A stretch of 64,000 bases of DNA from Campylobacter showae (GCF_963515975.1 NZ_CAUPZM010000002.1:40853-104852), one strand, 5' to 3'; positions 18,269 to 28,328 are shown, numbered from the stretch's first letter. The notes: generated by a model from the sequence alone, not told the origin. Program-made: numbers and translations.

Positions 18269-18952
18269 ATGAGCGAGCATAAATTTGACCGCAAAAGCGA
18301 ATATGAATTTTCCATCGGGCTTAGGGCGACGCACTGGATCAGGTTTTTTGCCATCACGTTTTTAGTCGTGAGCGGCTACTATATATCGTATGTTTTCGTT
18401 AGTCCCGAAATCACGAGCGAACCGACGAATTTTATGAACGCTAAATGGCGTATGGCGCACCAAATCGCGGGATTTATCTTGATAGCGTGCTTTATTTTCA
18501 AGCTTTATCTATTTATATTCGACAAACACAGTCGCAAAGAGGTCGTGAGCGTAGTCGATTTTTTTAGCCCGAAAGTCTGGATAGCGCAGATAAAATACTA
18601 TCTGTTTTTAGGTCCGCACCCGCATCTAAAGGGCGTTTATAACCCGCTTCAGTTTGCGTCGTATTTTTTCTTTTACGTCGTGCTTTTTCTGATCTGCCTA
18701 ACGGGCCTTGCGCTCTACGTTCACGTCTATCACGAGGGGCTTGGCGGGCTGCTTTACGAGCCGATGAGGCAGTGCGAGGAGCTAATGGGCGGGCTAGCAA
18801 ACGTCCGCACGGTACATCGCGTCTGCATGTGGATCATTATCGTTTTTGTAGCCATTCACGTGTATATGGCCGTCTTTAACGCCGTAAAAGGCAAAAACGG
18901 AGCTATGGACGCGATTATTAGCGGCTACAAATACGTAAAAGACGAGCACTGA
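18269..18952 (+). CDS. hydC: Hydrogenase b-type cytochrome subunit
   Basis: ATG 18269 after AAGGAG; RATHW, YNPLQ, haem-ligand His; position in operon. Confidence 0.95.
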   Translation: MSEHKFDRKSEYEFSIGLRATHWIRFFAITFLVVSGYYISYVFVSPEITSEPTNFMNAKWRMAHQIAGFILIACFIFKLYLFIFDKHSRKEVVSVVDFFSPKVWIAQIKYYLFLGPHPHLKGVYNPLQFASYFFFYVVLFLICLTGLALYVHVYHEGLGGLLYEPMRQCEELMGGLANVRTVHRVCMWIIIVFVAIHVYMAVFNAVKGKNGAMDAIISGYKYVKDEH

Positions 18953-19626
18953 TGCGCGTTTTGGTGCTAGGTATCGGCAACGTGATGTTTGGCGACGAGG
19001 GCGTGGGAGTGCATTTTGTCAAAATGATGGAGCGAAACTACAAATTTAGCCCTAAAATCAGGGCTAAATTTGACTCCGCTTTAAATTTGGACGATAAATT
19101 TGACGCGTCAAATTTGGACGTTGCAAACTCAAATTTAAGCGGCGATTTGGCTAGTCGAGGCGGCTTTAAATTTAATGCAGACGGCGCAAATTCGGAGCTA
19201 AGATTTATCGATGGCGGTACGCTAGCTATGGCGCTAACGCCCCTCATAGCTCAGGCGGACGTTTTGATAGTAGCCGACTGCATCAGCGCAGATGGCGGCG
19301 AGACGGGGGACGTGTATTTTTTCGGTTACGAGCAGATGCCGCCCACAATTTCCTGGAACGGCTCCGCGCACGAGGTCGAGATGTTAGAAACATTGCGGCT
19401 GATGGAGCTTGCGGGCGATTTGCCGCGGACTAAAATTTTAGGTATCGTGCCAAAACGCATCGAGCCTATGAGTTTTGAGATCTCGTCGCAGGCGCAAGAG
19501 GGCGTAAATTTGATGGAAAAGACGCTTTTAAACGAGCTTTCGCAGCTTGGATTTAGCTACGAAAAGATCGCAAATTTTAGCGTCTGCGATATCGCTTTAG
19601 AGTTTTCAAAAAGGGGCGCGATATGA
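18952..19626 (+). CDS. hydD: Hydrogenase maturation protease, with a ~44-aa palindromic insertion
   Basis: LGIGNVMFGDEGVG, DGGT, SAHEV motifs (HyaD/HybD family). Confidence 0.93.
   Translation: MRVLVLGIGNVMFGDEGVGVHFVKMMERNYKFSPKIRAKFDSALNLDDKFDASNLDVANSNLSGDLASRGGFKFNADGANSELRFIDGGTLAMALTPLIAQADVLIVADCISADGGETGDVYFFGYEQMPPTISWNGSAHEVEMLETLRLMELAGDLPRTKILGIVPKRIEPMSFEISSQAQEGVNLMEKTLLNELSQLGFSYEKIANFSVCDIALEFSKRGAI
19041..19197 (+). repeat. In-frame AAATTT palindrome array inside hydD
   Basis: 7 AAATTT copies; perfect 13-bp stem 19041-19053/19060-19072; perfect 20-bp palindrome aaatttgacgcgtcaaattt at 19096-19115. Confidence 0.85.
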
Positions 19627-21164
19627 TTTTGGCCTACGAGTTTGACTGTGCGAGCGAAAATTTCGCCTTTTTTCTTAAATTTTACGCGCAAAAAAGCGGA
19701 CTAAATTTTAGCATTAAAAAACAGCGGGGCTTAACTACGCTTTACGTCAAGGGCACACAAGAGGAGCTTTTGGAGTTTTCGGATATGCTTGCTAGCTCGC
19801 TGCCTCACAGCCTGTTTTTGCGTGGCTCAAAGGTCTATGCAGGCCAAAATTTACCGCAAGGCCAAACCAGCGAACCGCAAAACGCCCTCTCAAACATCAC
19901 GCCGCGCGTCGTTAGCGCTTATTTTAAAGGCGAGCTAAAAGAGTGCGAAAACGGCGTTTTTAGCGATGTTTTCGTTTTTACGGACGACAAATTTACGCCC
20001 GTAACGAAGGCGAATTTTAACGGGCTTTTGGATTTTGCTTTTAAAAATTTAAGCGCGGGCGCGAGCGTTAAATTTAAAGATCTTAGCGGCGAATTTGAAG
20101 CTTTAAATTTTACCGAGCTAAACGAAAATTTTAATCTTTTAATGCCTACAAATCTTAAAAATTTACCCAAAATTTTTATCGCAAACGAAGCCGAACAAGT
20201 AGCCCTAGCAAGCTACGAAAAGCCCGCCGTTACGCTAAAAACGACGGCGATTTACCGCGGCAATTACCCAAACTCGCCAAGGTTTTTTGACGTCTGCGCC
20301 GCTAGAGACATTTTCCTCTACGCGCTTTGCGACAAGCTTTTTAAAGCGGGCGTAAATTTTATCGCGTTAAAAGCGCAAAAGCCGCCGTTTAAGGCTATCG
20401 TGCTTGAAAACGGATATATTTTTAGCGGCTCTAGGATTTATTATTCGCGCGCAAATTTGAGCGAGGTAGAGGGCGCCGCGGATAAAAATCTAGCGAATTT
20501 TAATCTCGCAAAAAAAGAATTTGACGAAGAGGGCGGGATAGTTAGGATATTTTTAAGCAGGTTTAAAGACGATGAAGTTAAAATTTACCCCAAATTTGAT
20601 GATTTTAACGTCTTAAATTTCGCCTTGCCCGCAAGCTTTGACGAGCTTTACGCGCAGATAAAGCGTGAGGAGGGCGGCGAGAGATTGCTTCAAAATTACG
20701 GCGAAAGCTTTAGCCTGCCGCGCGGCGAGCTAAACGTACAAAACGGCTTTTTCGGGCTGTTTTGTATGGCGGGAGCGCTGCTTGGATTTGATAGCGATAC
20801 GCAAAAAGCGGGCGAGATTTTACTGCAAAACGCGAGCGATTTTAACGGCGCAAAAGGGCCTAGGCTTGATTTTAAAATGCTAAACAAAACGCATTTTGAC
20901 GTCGTTAAATTTGCTAGAAGCGGCATGAGCTTTAGGCTCGCTGGTGTCGATGCGAGGCTGCTTAGCTACGGATACGCCGAGTCGTTAGCGTATTTTTTGA
21001 GCGATTTTTCGGACGCGATAAAGCAGGATTTTAGCGTGCAAAACGCGCTACTTTGCGGCTCGCTTTTTGAGAATAAAACGCTTGCAAATTTGACGTTAAA
21101 GCATTTAAAAACAGGCTTAAACGCCAAATTTAGTAAAGAGTTTGTGATTGAAGAGATGTTTTAA
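19623..21164 (+). CDS. hydE: Hydrogenase accessory protein, HydE-like
   Basis: Follows hydD with ATGA overlap; LPHSLFL, GPRLDF, SGMSFRLAGVD, LSYGYAESLA, LCGSLF resemble epsilonproteobacterial HydE. Confidence 0.75.
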   Translation: MILAYEFDCASENFAFFLKFYAQKSGLNFSIKKQRGLTTLYVKGTQEELLEFSDMLASSLPHSLFLRGSKVYAGQNLPQGQTSEPQNALSNITPRVVSAYFKGELKECENGVFSDVFVFTDDKFTPVTKANFNGLLDFAFKNLSAGASVKFKDLSGEFEALNFTELNENFNLLMPTNLKNLPKIFIANEAEQVALASYEKPAVTLKTTAIYRGNYPNSPRFFDVCAARDIFLYALCDKLFKAGVNFIALKAQKPPFKAIVLENGYIFSGSRIYYSRANLSEVEGAADKNLANFNLAKKEFDEEGGIVRIFLSRFKDDEVKIYPKFDDFNVLNFALPASFDELYAQIKREEGGERLLQNYGESFSLPRGELNVQNGFFGLFCMAGALLGFDSDTQKAGEILLQNASDFNGAKGPRLDFKMLNKTHFDVVKFARSGMSFRLAGVDARLLSYGYAESLAYFLSDFSDAIKQDFSVQNALLCGSLFENKTLANLTLKHLKTGLNAKFSKEFVIEEMF

Positions 21165-23373
21165 ATATGAAATTTCAGGTTTAGTCCAAGGCGTCGGCTT
21201 TCGCCCTTTTGTTTATAATCTAGCCCTTAAATTCGGCCTTGCGGGCGAAATTTACAACGACGACGAGGGCGTGAAGCTAACGCTTTGCGGCCTATGCGAG
21301 CAGATAGAAAAATTTGAAAAAGCGCTGCATGAGGAGCTACCAAGCCTCGCTCGTATCGACGAGATGAGAAAAACCGAGCTAGAGGATGCGAAATTTGACG
21401 AGTTTAAGATAGTCGCCTCAAAATCAGCCAAAAAACACGCGCCCATCTTGCCCGATTTTGCCCTCTGCGCAGACTGCGAGCGCGAGTTTTACGATCCCAC
21501 AGACCCGAGGTATCATTATCCTTTTATCAACTGCACCAACTGCGGCCCGAGGTTTTCGATTATCGAATCGCTGCCTTATGACCGCGCAAACACGACGATG
21601 AACGCGTTTAAGATGTGCGAATTTTGCGGCGGCGAATACAAAAATCCGCTAAATCGCCGCTATCACGCCCAGCCCGTCTCCTGCCCAAACTGCGGCCCCA
21701 GGCTTGCTCTAAAAGATAAATTTGGGCGGGTTTTAGCGCGGGATAACGAAAGCGCAAAGCAGGCCGCGCGGCTCATAAACGAGGGTAAAATTTTAGCCGT
21801 AAAGGGGCTTGGCGGATTTCATCTGATGTGCCGCTTAAAGGATGATACGGTGGGGCTTTTAAGAGAGCGAAAAAAGCGCCCTAAAAAGCCATTTGCCGTG
21901 ATGTGCAAAGACCTTACGCGCGCTAAAAAATACGCACAAATTTCGCCCGAAGAAGAGCGGCTTTTAAGCTCAAATTTAAAACCGATCGTCGTTTTGCAAA
22001 GCTTGCCTGATACGCCGGTTCCGTCAAATTTGGCGCCGGGGCTTAATAAAATCGGCATATTTTTGCCATACACGGGCGTTCATCTCTTACTTTTTGAGTA
22101 CCTAGAGGGCGACGTCATCGCTACCTCGGCCAACGTCTCCGGCGAGCCCATCATCTACGACGAAAAAGACCTGCGAGAAAAGCTAGGCGGCGTGATAGAT
22201 TTTTACCTAGATAACGACCGCGAGATACGCTCGCCAAGCGACGATAGTATCGCGTTCGTAGCGGGCGGCGAGCCTATATTTATCCGCACCAGCCGCGGCG
22301 TGCATCCTAAGTTTATCCGCACGAAATTTAAGAGCGAAAAGACCGTTTTAGCAGTCGGAGCGGAGCTAAAAAATCAGTTTGCGATCTTTAAGGACGGCGA
22401 GCTGATGATAAGCCCATATATCGGCGATCTAAAAAACGTCGCGACCTATGAGCGTTTTTGCGCGCTAATCAATCTTTTTAGCGAGATTTACGAGCTAAAA
22501 TTCGACGAGATCGTAGCTGACTTGCACCCGCATTTTTTAAACCTAAAATGGGCGCGCGAATACGCTGCCAATTTTGGCCCAAATATCACGCAAATCCAGC
22601 ACCATCACGCGCATTTGCTATCGGTGATTTTAGAAAACGATCTGGATGCAAAGCGCGAGTATCTGGGCTTTTGCTTTGACGGTACGGGATACGGCGCGGA
22701 CGGGAGCGTATGGGGCGGAGAGATCATGAAAGTGCGCGGCAAAGAGTACGAGCGAGTTTGCAAATTTGACGAAATTTTGCTGATCGGCGGCGAAGCTAGC
22801 GTGAAAAATATCCGGCAGATAGCTTATGCCGCGATTTTAAAATATGATCTAGAGCGCGAGGCGGAGGCGTTTTTGGCCAAATTTGAGCCCGCTAAGCTAA
22901 AAAATCTAAAAATCCTGCACGAAAAGCAAATAAACTGCGTCAAAACCAGCTCGCTAGGACGCATTTTCGACGCGTTTGCGGCCGTGATCTTAGGGCTTGA
23001 TAGCATTAGCTACGAGGGGGAGGCGGGGATGAGCCTGGAGGCGCTTTTTGACGCAAATTTGGACGCCTGCTACGAGTTTGAAATCAGGAGTGACAAAATT
23101 TGCTTTAAAGAGGCCTTTAAAAGAGCTTTAAAAGACGATGCTAAAACGGCTGCGACGGGCTTTATAAAAGGGCTCGTAAAGCTCGTAGCAGACGCGGCTT
23201 GCGCGCAGCCTAACGACGTCTTGCTAGCGGGCGGAGTTTTTCAAAATAAAGCCCTGCTTGAAAATGTAATTTTAATTCTTAAGCAAAAAGGTAAGAAGTA
23301 TTACATAAATAAAAACTTTTCGTCAAACGACTCTTCGGTAGCTATCGGTCAAATCGCGCTTACATTAATTTAA
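21148..23373 (+). CDS. hypF: Carbamoyltransferase HypF
   Basis: GLVQGVGFRP acylphosphatase domain, CxxC zinc fingers (CTNCGPR), KGLGGFHL, QHHHAH, DGTGYG. Confidence 0.97.
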   Translation: MKRCFKYEISGLVQGVGFRPFVYNLALKFGLAGEIYNDDEGVKLTLCGLCEQIEKFEKALHEELPSLARIDEMRKTELEDAKFDEFKIVASKSAKKHAPILPDFALCADCEREFYDPTDPRYHYPFINCTNCGPRFSIIESLPYDRANTTMNAFKMCEFCGGEYKNPLNRRYHAQPVSCPNCGPRLALKDKFGRVLARDNESAKQAARLINEGKILAVKGLGGFHLMCRLKDDTVGLLRERKKRPKKPFAVMCKDLTRAKKYAQISPEEERLLSSNLKPIVVLQSLPDTPVPSNLAPGLNKIGIFLPYTGVHLLLFEYLEGDVIATSANVSGEPIIYDEKDLREKLGGVIDFYLDNDREIRSPSDDSIAFVAGGEPIFIRTSRGVHPKFIRTKFKSEKTVLAVGAELKNQFAIFKDGELMISPYIGDLKNVATYERFCALINLFSEIYELKFDEIVADLHPHFLNLKWAREYAANFGPNITQIQHHHAHLLSVILENDLDAKREYLGFCFDGTGYGADGSVWGGEIMKVRGKEYERVCKFDEILLIGGEASVKNIRQIAYAAILKYDLEREAEAFLAKFEPAKLKNLKILHEKQINCVKTSSLGRIFDAFAAVILGLDSISYEGEAGMSLEALFDANLDACYEFEIRSDKICFKEAFKRALKDDAKTAATGFIKGLVKLVADAACAQPNDVLLAGGVFQNKALLENVILILKQKGKKYYINKNFSSNDSSVAIGQIALTLI

Positions 23374-23390
23374 ATTAAAGTTTTCTGATG

Positions 23391-23396
23391 TATAAT
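23391..23396 (+). promoter_or_regulatory. sigma70 -10 box of nikR
   Basis: TATAAT in AT-rich context upstream of AAGGAGG and the GTG start. Confidence 0.5.
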
Positions 23397-23424
23397 ATCT
23401 AATAATTTCTTTAAGGAGGCGATA

Positions 23425-23838
23425 GTGGAAAATATCATAAGATTCAGCGTCTCGTTGCCAAAGCAGTTATTAGACGAACTTGACAACAAAATAAGCGCTC
23501 AGGGCTATGCTTCGAGAAGCGAGTTCACTCGCGATCTGATTAGGGAAAAAATAGTAAATGACAGCTGGAAGGACGCAGATGAGGATCTTATCGGCGTTTT
23601 GACGCTCATTTATCTACATCACCAAAACGACCTCGTCGTGAAAATGATGGACATCGAGCACAAGGCGAACCTGCATATCGCCTGCACGACTCACGTCCAT
23701 GTGGATCACGATAACTGCCTAGAAACTCTGATACTGCGCGGCAAAGCAGGGTCTATCGAGAAATTTTCAGAAAAAATGGGCGGACTAAAAGGGGTTAAAT
23801 TTGCAAAACTCACCAAAGCTGCCATCCCGCGCTCATAG
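23425..23838 (+). CDS. nikR: Nickel-responsive regulator NikR
   Basis: RFSVSL ribbon-helix-helix, [12 protein letters not shown], Ni ligands [11 protein letters not shown]. Confidence 0.96.
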   Translation: MENIIRFSVSLPKQLLDELDNKISAQGYASRSEFTRDLIREKIVNDSWKDADEDLIGVLTLIYLHHQNDLVVKMMDIEHKANLHIACTTHVHVDHDNCLETLILRGKAGSIEKFSEKMGGLKGVKFAKLTKAAIPRS

Positions 23839-23847
23839 CGCTTAAAA

Positions 23848-23886
23848 TGCGGGCGGGTCTGATAAGCTCTATCAAATTTGCCCGCA
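23848..23886 (+). terminator. Hairpin after nikR (possible terminator)
   Basis: tgcgggcgggtctgata / tatcaaatttgcccgca imperfect stem; T-rich tract a few nt downstream. Confidence 0.55.
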
Positions 23887-23970
23887 AAAATCTCTTTTTT
23901 TATCGCGCATTTAGCCCTTTGATGTTAAAATCGCCGGAATTTATCGCTATTTTTATCCTAAGGCTAAAAT

Positions 23971-25155
23971 TTGAAACATATTTCTTTTAAAAATTTCGTC
24001 CAAAACGAGGCGAGCTCGGGTATCTTGCTCATACTTGCCGCGATTTTTGCGATGATATTTCAAAACGGTTTTTTGAGCGGATTTTACAACTCTTTTTTAC
24101 GCATAAATATGGGCGTGGTTTTTGGCGAATTTAGCCTGCAAAAGCCGCTCATTTTGTGGGTAAACGACGGGCTCATGGCAGTTTTTTTCTTTCTTTTAGG
24201 GCTTGAGCTAAAGCGCGAGATAGTCGAGGGCGAGATGCGAAATCCCGCTCAGATCGTGCTACCTATCGTAGGCGCCGTCGGCGGCATCGTCATGCCTGCG
24301 CTCGTTTTTTACGCGTTTAGCCACGCCGACGCTTTCGCGCTAAAAGGCTGGGCGATCCCGACTGCGACGGACACGGCGTTTGCTCTAGGTATCATAATGA
24401 TTTTAGGCAAAAGAGTGCCGGCGAGTCTAAAAATTTTCCTCGTGACGCTATCTATCATCGACGACGTTTGTGCGATTTTGATAATGGCGATATTTTACAG
24501 CGGACATCTCTCGGCTATGTCGTTTGTGGTTGCCGGAGCGGCTACTTTAGGGCTTTTGGCCTTAAATTTAGCTGGCGTAAATAAAAAAGCCTGCTACGTG
24601 ATTTTGGGCATAATCCTTTGGGTGAGCGTGCTAAAATCAGGCGTGCATGCGACGCTAGCGGGAGTCGTGGCGGCATTTTTCATACCGCTTAAGGCAAAGG
24701 ACGGCGAGGGCTCGATGTTAAAACAGATCGAACACGACCTGCACGGCTACGTCGCATTTTTCGTGCTGCCGGTATTTGCCTTTGTAAATGCGGGCATCTC
24801 GCTAAAAGGCATCGGGCTGGAGCAGATTTTCCACCCCGTGTCGCTAGGTGTCATACTAGGGCTGTTTGCGGGCAAGCAGCTAGGGGTGTTTGGGTTTTGC
24901 TTTCTTGCGATCAAATTTAAGCTCGCAAAGCTACCGAAATACTGCAATCTAGCTCAGTTTTACGGCCTTTGCTTGCTTGCTGGTATCGGCTTTACGATGA
25001 GTCTTTTTATAAATTCGCTCTCCTATCACGACACGTACGAGTTTGCGTACGCCGATAAGCTCGCGGTACTCATCGCATCGCTGATCTCGGGTGTGACGGG
25101 CTATTCGATGCTCTACTGGGCCGGACGACACAGGATAATGAAATGCGTGGAGTAG
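23971..25155 (+). CDS. nhaA: Na+/H+ antiporter NhaA
   Basis: WVNDGLMAVFF, GWAIPTATD, IIDD, KSGVHATLAG, GKQLG, GIGFTMSLFI; TTG start. Confidence 0.96.
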   Translation: MKHISFKNFVQNEASSGILLILAAIFAMIFQNGFLSGFYNSFLRINMGVVFGEFSLQKPLILWVNDGLMAVFFFLLGLELKREIVEGEMRNPAQIVLPIVGAVGGIVMPALVFYAFSHADAFALKGWAIPTATDTAFALGIIMILGKRVPASLKIFLVTLSIIDDVCAILIMAIFYSGHLSAMSFVVAGAATLGLLALNLAGVNKKACYVILGIILWVSVLKSGVHATLAGVVAAFFIPLKAKDGEGSMLKQIEHDLHGYVAFFVLPVFAFVNAGISLKGIGLEQIFHPVSLGVILGLFAGKQLGVFGFCFLAIKFKLAKLPKYCNLAQFYGLCLLAGIGFTMSLFINSLSYHDTYEFAYADKLAVLIASLISGVTGYSMLYWAGRHRIMKCVE

Positions 25156-25159
25156 AAAA

Positions 25160-26443
25160 ATGATGATATTTCATAAAAATTTTCTCGCAGACGAGCTTGC
25201 GAAGTGGCGAGAAGAAGGGCTAATAAGCGATGAGGCGGCGCGCAAGATAGCGGCTAGATACGATATAGATTTATCGGGCGCAAACGAGCGGCGAAGCTTT
25301 ATATTAAAGCTCGTTGCATATCTATTTTTGGCGCTTTCGCTATTTACTCTAGTGGGCGCAAACTGGGAGGAGCTACCGCGCGCTCTAAGGCTGATTATAG
25401 TTCTTGGCATACTGGCAGCGGTAAATTTTAGCGGAGTTTGGGCGCAAAAAAACGGCAAAGAGACGCAGGCTACGACGCTGTTTTTTCTAGGTAACTTTTG
25501 CTACGGCGCGGCGATCGTTTTAGTTGCGCAAATTTACCACCTAGGCGAGCATATGCCTGACGGCGTGCTGCTGTGGGCGGTCGGAGCTTTGGTGCTAGCG
25601 CTTGCGACGCGTAAATCCATCATCGCATTGCAAGCTCTTGTTTTGGGGCTTATTTGGTTTTTGATGGAGTTTGAGTTTAGCGGCGTTTCGCACGGATTTT
25701 TGTTATTTATAGTAGCTTGCGCGGCGGTGCTTTGGCGCGACGACTCCAGGTTGCTAATGGCTGCGCTTTTTGCGAGCGTGTTTGCTTATATCGTTTCTTT
25801 CGTGCTTTACGAGCGGTATTTTCTAGCTGATTTGCGCGTGGACGATGCGCTTTACGGAGTTCATTTTTTTGCGCTTAGCTACTGCTTGCTCGCCGTTTGC
25901 GCCTCGTTTTTGCTTGAGAGGGCGGGTAAATTTGAACTCGCGTTTTACCTTAAAAACATCGGCATCGTCTGCGGTGCGGGCATCTTGTGCTTTGATATGT
26001 CGCTTTACGAGGATTTGCATTTTTCGCGTCCGTGGTCTTACGGCGCCCAGAACTACGAGTATGTTTTAAACGGCGTTACGTTTTTAAAAAGCGTGTTTGG
26101 AGCGCTATTTGCCGCATTTTGCGCGGTATCTTTGGGGCTTGCGTTTTACTTTAAAAAATACGCCGCCGCTACCGCCATAGCGCTTTTAGTCGCGCTGCCT
26201 TTTATCTTAGACGCGTTTGCGGGCTACGAGGAGGGCGTGTTTTCGCTCATCGGCGTTTGCGTCGCGGTCGCTCTTATCAAGCAAAATAATATGAAATTCG
26301 GCATAGCGCTTATCTTTTGGGTGGCGTTCGTGCGCTACGTCGATCTAGTCGGTGATTACGTCAGCGCCAGCGCGCTATTTTTGGTATTTGCGCTCGTGGT
26401 GCTCGGGGTCTCTAGGATATCTAAAAAAAGGAGCGCGAAATGA
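25160..26443 (+). CDS. DUF2157 domain membrane protein
   Basis: LAKWREEGLIS, VGANWEELP, LVAQIYHL motifs; multi-TM; coupled to a GDYXXLXY gene. Confidence 0.85.
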   Translation: MMIFHKNFLADELAKWREEGLISDEAARKIAARYDIDLSGANERRSFILKLVAYLFLALSLFTLVGANWEELPRALRLIIVLGILAAVNFSGVWAQKNGKETQATTLFFLGNFCYGAAIVLVAQIYHLGEHMPDGVLLWAVGALVLALATRKSIIALQALVLGLIWFLMEFEFSGVSHGFLLFIVACAAVLWRDDSRLLMAALFASVFAYIVSFVLYERYFLADLRVDDALYGVHFFALSYCLLAVCASFLLERAGKFELAFYLKNIGIVCGAGILCFDMSLYEDLHFSRPWSYGAQNYEYVLNGVTFLKSVFGALFAAFCAVSLGLAFYFKKYAAATAIALLVALPFILDAFAGYEEGVFSLIGVCVAVALIKQNNMKFGIALIFWVAFVRYVDLVGDYVSASALFLVFALVVLGVSRISKKRSAK

Positions 26444-26967
26444 AACTAAAGCTGATTTTTGCCGCCGCGGTATTTCAAATTTTAGCCGTGATCGCGATGC
26501 TTGCGTATGCGTACGCGCCGATATATTTTGGTAAAGAGATATTGATACGAACTACGGTTTACGATCCGCGCGATATGTTTCGCGGCGATTACGTGCGCCT
26601 TAGCTACGGCTTTGCGAGCGTTTACGAACTAGACAAAAGAGACTCGAATTTAAGCAAAAGGCAGCAGCTACACGGTGCTAAAATTTACGCCGTTTTAAAG
26701 CAGGATAAAGACGGCAGGTATAAATTTGACAGATATAGCTTCGAGCGACCTAAGGGCGGCACGTTTTTAGCGGGCAGGGTTGATTATAATACCGCAAATT
26801 TCGGCATCGAGGCCTTTTTCATGCCGCCCAAAAGTGCAAAGCAAATGGAGCGAGATATGATGGAGTTTAACGCCACGGCCGTCATCAGCGTGATGGATAA
26901 CGGCAAAGCTCGCATCAAGGATATCGTAATAGAAAAGCCAAAAGTCGGAGAATCTAGCAAGCGTTAA
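26440..26967 (+). CDS. GDYXXLXY domain protein
   Basis: YDPRDMFRGDYVRLSY, FGIEAFF; N-terminal membrane anchor; ATGA overlap with the DUF2157 gene. Confidence 0.9.
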   Translation: MKLKLIFAAAVFQILAVIAMLAYAYAPIYFGKEILIRTTVYDPRDMFRGDYVRLSYGFASVYELDKRDSNLSKRQQLHGAKIYAVLKQDKDGRYKFDRYSFERPKGGTFLAGRVDYNTANFGIEAFFMPPKSAKQMERDMMEFNATAVISVMDNGKARIKDIVIEKPKVGESSKR

Positions 26968-27070
26968 ATTTACGGGCGGCTAGAGGGGCTAAATTTGACT
27001 AGATTTATCTAAGCTCAAATTTAGCCCTAGCCTTCAAAATTTGACTCAGCTTAAATTTGAGTCAAATTTG
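26965..27070. repeat. Tandem AAATTT hairpins
   Basis: gggctaaatttga / tcaaatttagccc and aaatttgactca / tgagtcaaattt stems. Confidence 0.8.
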
Positions 27071-27136
27071 ACCGATCTCGCCGCCGCCACAAAAATCTCA
27101 AAATATAAATAAAACGCAACAAAATAATATCCGCAA

Positions 27137-27177
27137 GTATGAAACTAAAGCAATTTTTTAACATCTAAGAGTATAAT
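27137..27177 (+). promoter_or_regulatory. hypB promoter with candidate NikR operator
   Basis: GTATGA (27137-27142)-N16-TAACAT (27159-27164), then TATAAT at 27172-27177. Confidence 0.5.
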
Positions 27178-27207
27178 AACCCCAAAAAATCGCTAAGGAG
27201 AAGCAAG

Positions 27208-28014
27208 ATGTGTAAAGATTGCGGATGCTCGCTGGGCGGGCACGATCACGCTCATACTCACGCCGACGGCACGACTCACTCGCACGCTCACGATCATGGC
27301 GCCCAGCACGGACACGGAGCGGCTCACGAGCATAGTCACGGCCACGCGCACCCGGCGCTAAACGACAGCAAAACGGTCGAAGTGATAACGAAAATTTTAT
27401 CCCAAAACGACGAAGAGGCCGCGCACAACCGCGCTCACTTGGACGAGCACGGGATTTTATGCGTAAATCTCATGAGTAGCCCCGGCAGCGGCAAAACTAC
27501 GCTACTAGAAGCTACGATAAAAAGCGGTAAATTTAAAATCGGCGTCGTCGAGGGCGATCTAGAAACCAACCAAGACGCCGACCGCATAGTAAAAGCCGGC
27601 GGCAAAGCCCACCAAATCACGACCGGACAGGCATGTCACCTGGATGCGTTTATGGTGCACGAGGGGCTTCATCATCTGCCCCTAGAGGGCCTTGATATAG
27701 TTTTCGTAGAAAACGTCGGCAACCTCGTTTGCCCTGCTAGCTACGACGTCGGCTCGCACTTTAACGTCGTGCTGCTATCGGTGCCAGAGGGCGACGACAA
27801 GGTAGCCAAATACCCCGTGATGTTTCGTGCCGCCGATCTTATCGTGATAACCAAAACTTCGCTGTTGCCGCATTTTGAATTTGACGTTAAAAAAGTCGTC
27901 AAAGAGGCTCGCAAGCTAAATCCGAAGGTCGACGTCGTCGAGCTTGACGCAAAAACGGGCGAGGGCATGGAGAAGTGGCTGGATTTTTTAAAATTTAAAA
28001 AAGAGCTTAGATAA
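27208..28014 (+). CDS. hypB: Hydrogenase nickel incorporation GTPase HypB
   Basis: CKDCGC, His-rich N-terminus, SSPGSGKT, CHLD, ENVGNLVCP. Confidence 0.97.
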   Translation: MCKDCGCSLGGHDHAHTHADGTTHSHAHDHGAQHGHGAAHEHSHGHAHPALNDSKTVEVITKILSQNDEEAAHNRAHLDEHGILCVNLMSSPGSGKTTLLEATIKSGKFKIGVVEGDLETNQDADRIVKAGGKAHQITTGQACHLDAFMVHEGLHHLPLEGLDIVFVENVGNLVCPASYDVGSHFNVVLLSVPEGDDKVAKYPVMFRAADLIVITKTSLLPHFEFDVKKVVKEARKLNPKVDVVELDAKTGEGMEKWLDFLKFKKELR

Positions 28015-28328
28015 TGTGCCTCTCAATCCCTTCAAAAGTAATCGCTATCGACGAAAATAACGTCGCTACCGTAGAGACGCTAGGCGTGAGTCGCCGCGTG
28101 AGCCTCGATCTCATCGCCCAGCCCGTGGCCGTCGGCGAATACGTACTCATCCACGTCGGCTACGCGATGGAGAAAATCGATACGAAATTTGCGCTAGAAA
28201 GCATCGAAATCTACCGCCAAATCGCCAAAGATATGCAAAGCGGCCAGATCGGCGCGAATGAGGGCGACGCGGGGCTAAGTGCCATGCAAGCGGCGGCAAA
28301 TAAGCCGGGCGCAAAGGAAAAAGCGTGA
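28014..28328 (+). CDS. hypC: Hydrogenase assembly chaperone HypC
   Basis: MCLSIP start, YVLIHVGYA. Confidence 0.96.
   Translation: MCLSIPSKVIAIDENNVATVETLGVSRRVSLDLIAQPVAVGEYVLIHVGYAMEKIDTKFALESIEIYRQIAKDMQSGQIGANEGDAGLSAMQAAANKPGAKEKA

Noticed and set aside
26965..27070. AAATTT arrays as CRISPR
   Set aside because: No constant 25-40 bp repeat with regular unique spacers and no cas genes.
27241..27351. His-rich tract in HypB (15 His)
   Set aside because: A well-known nickel-binding feature of many HypB proteins.
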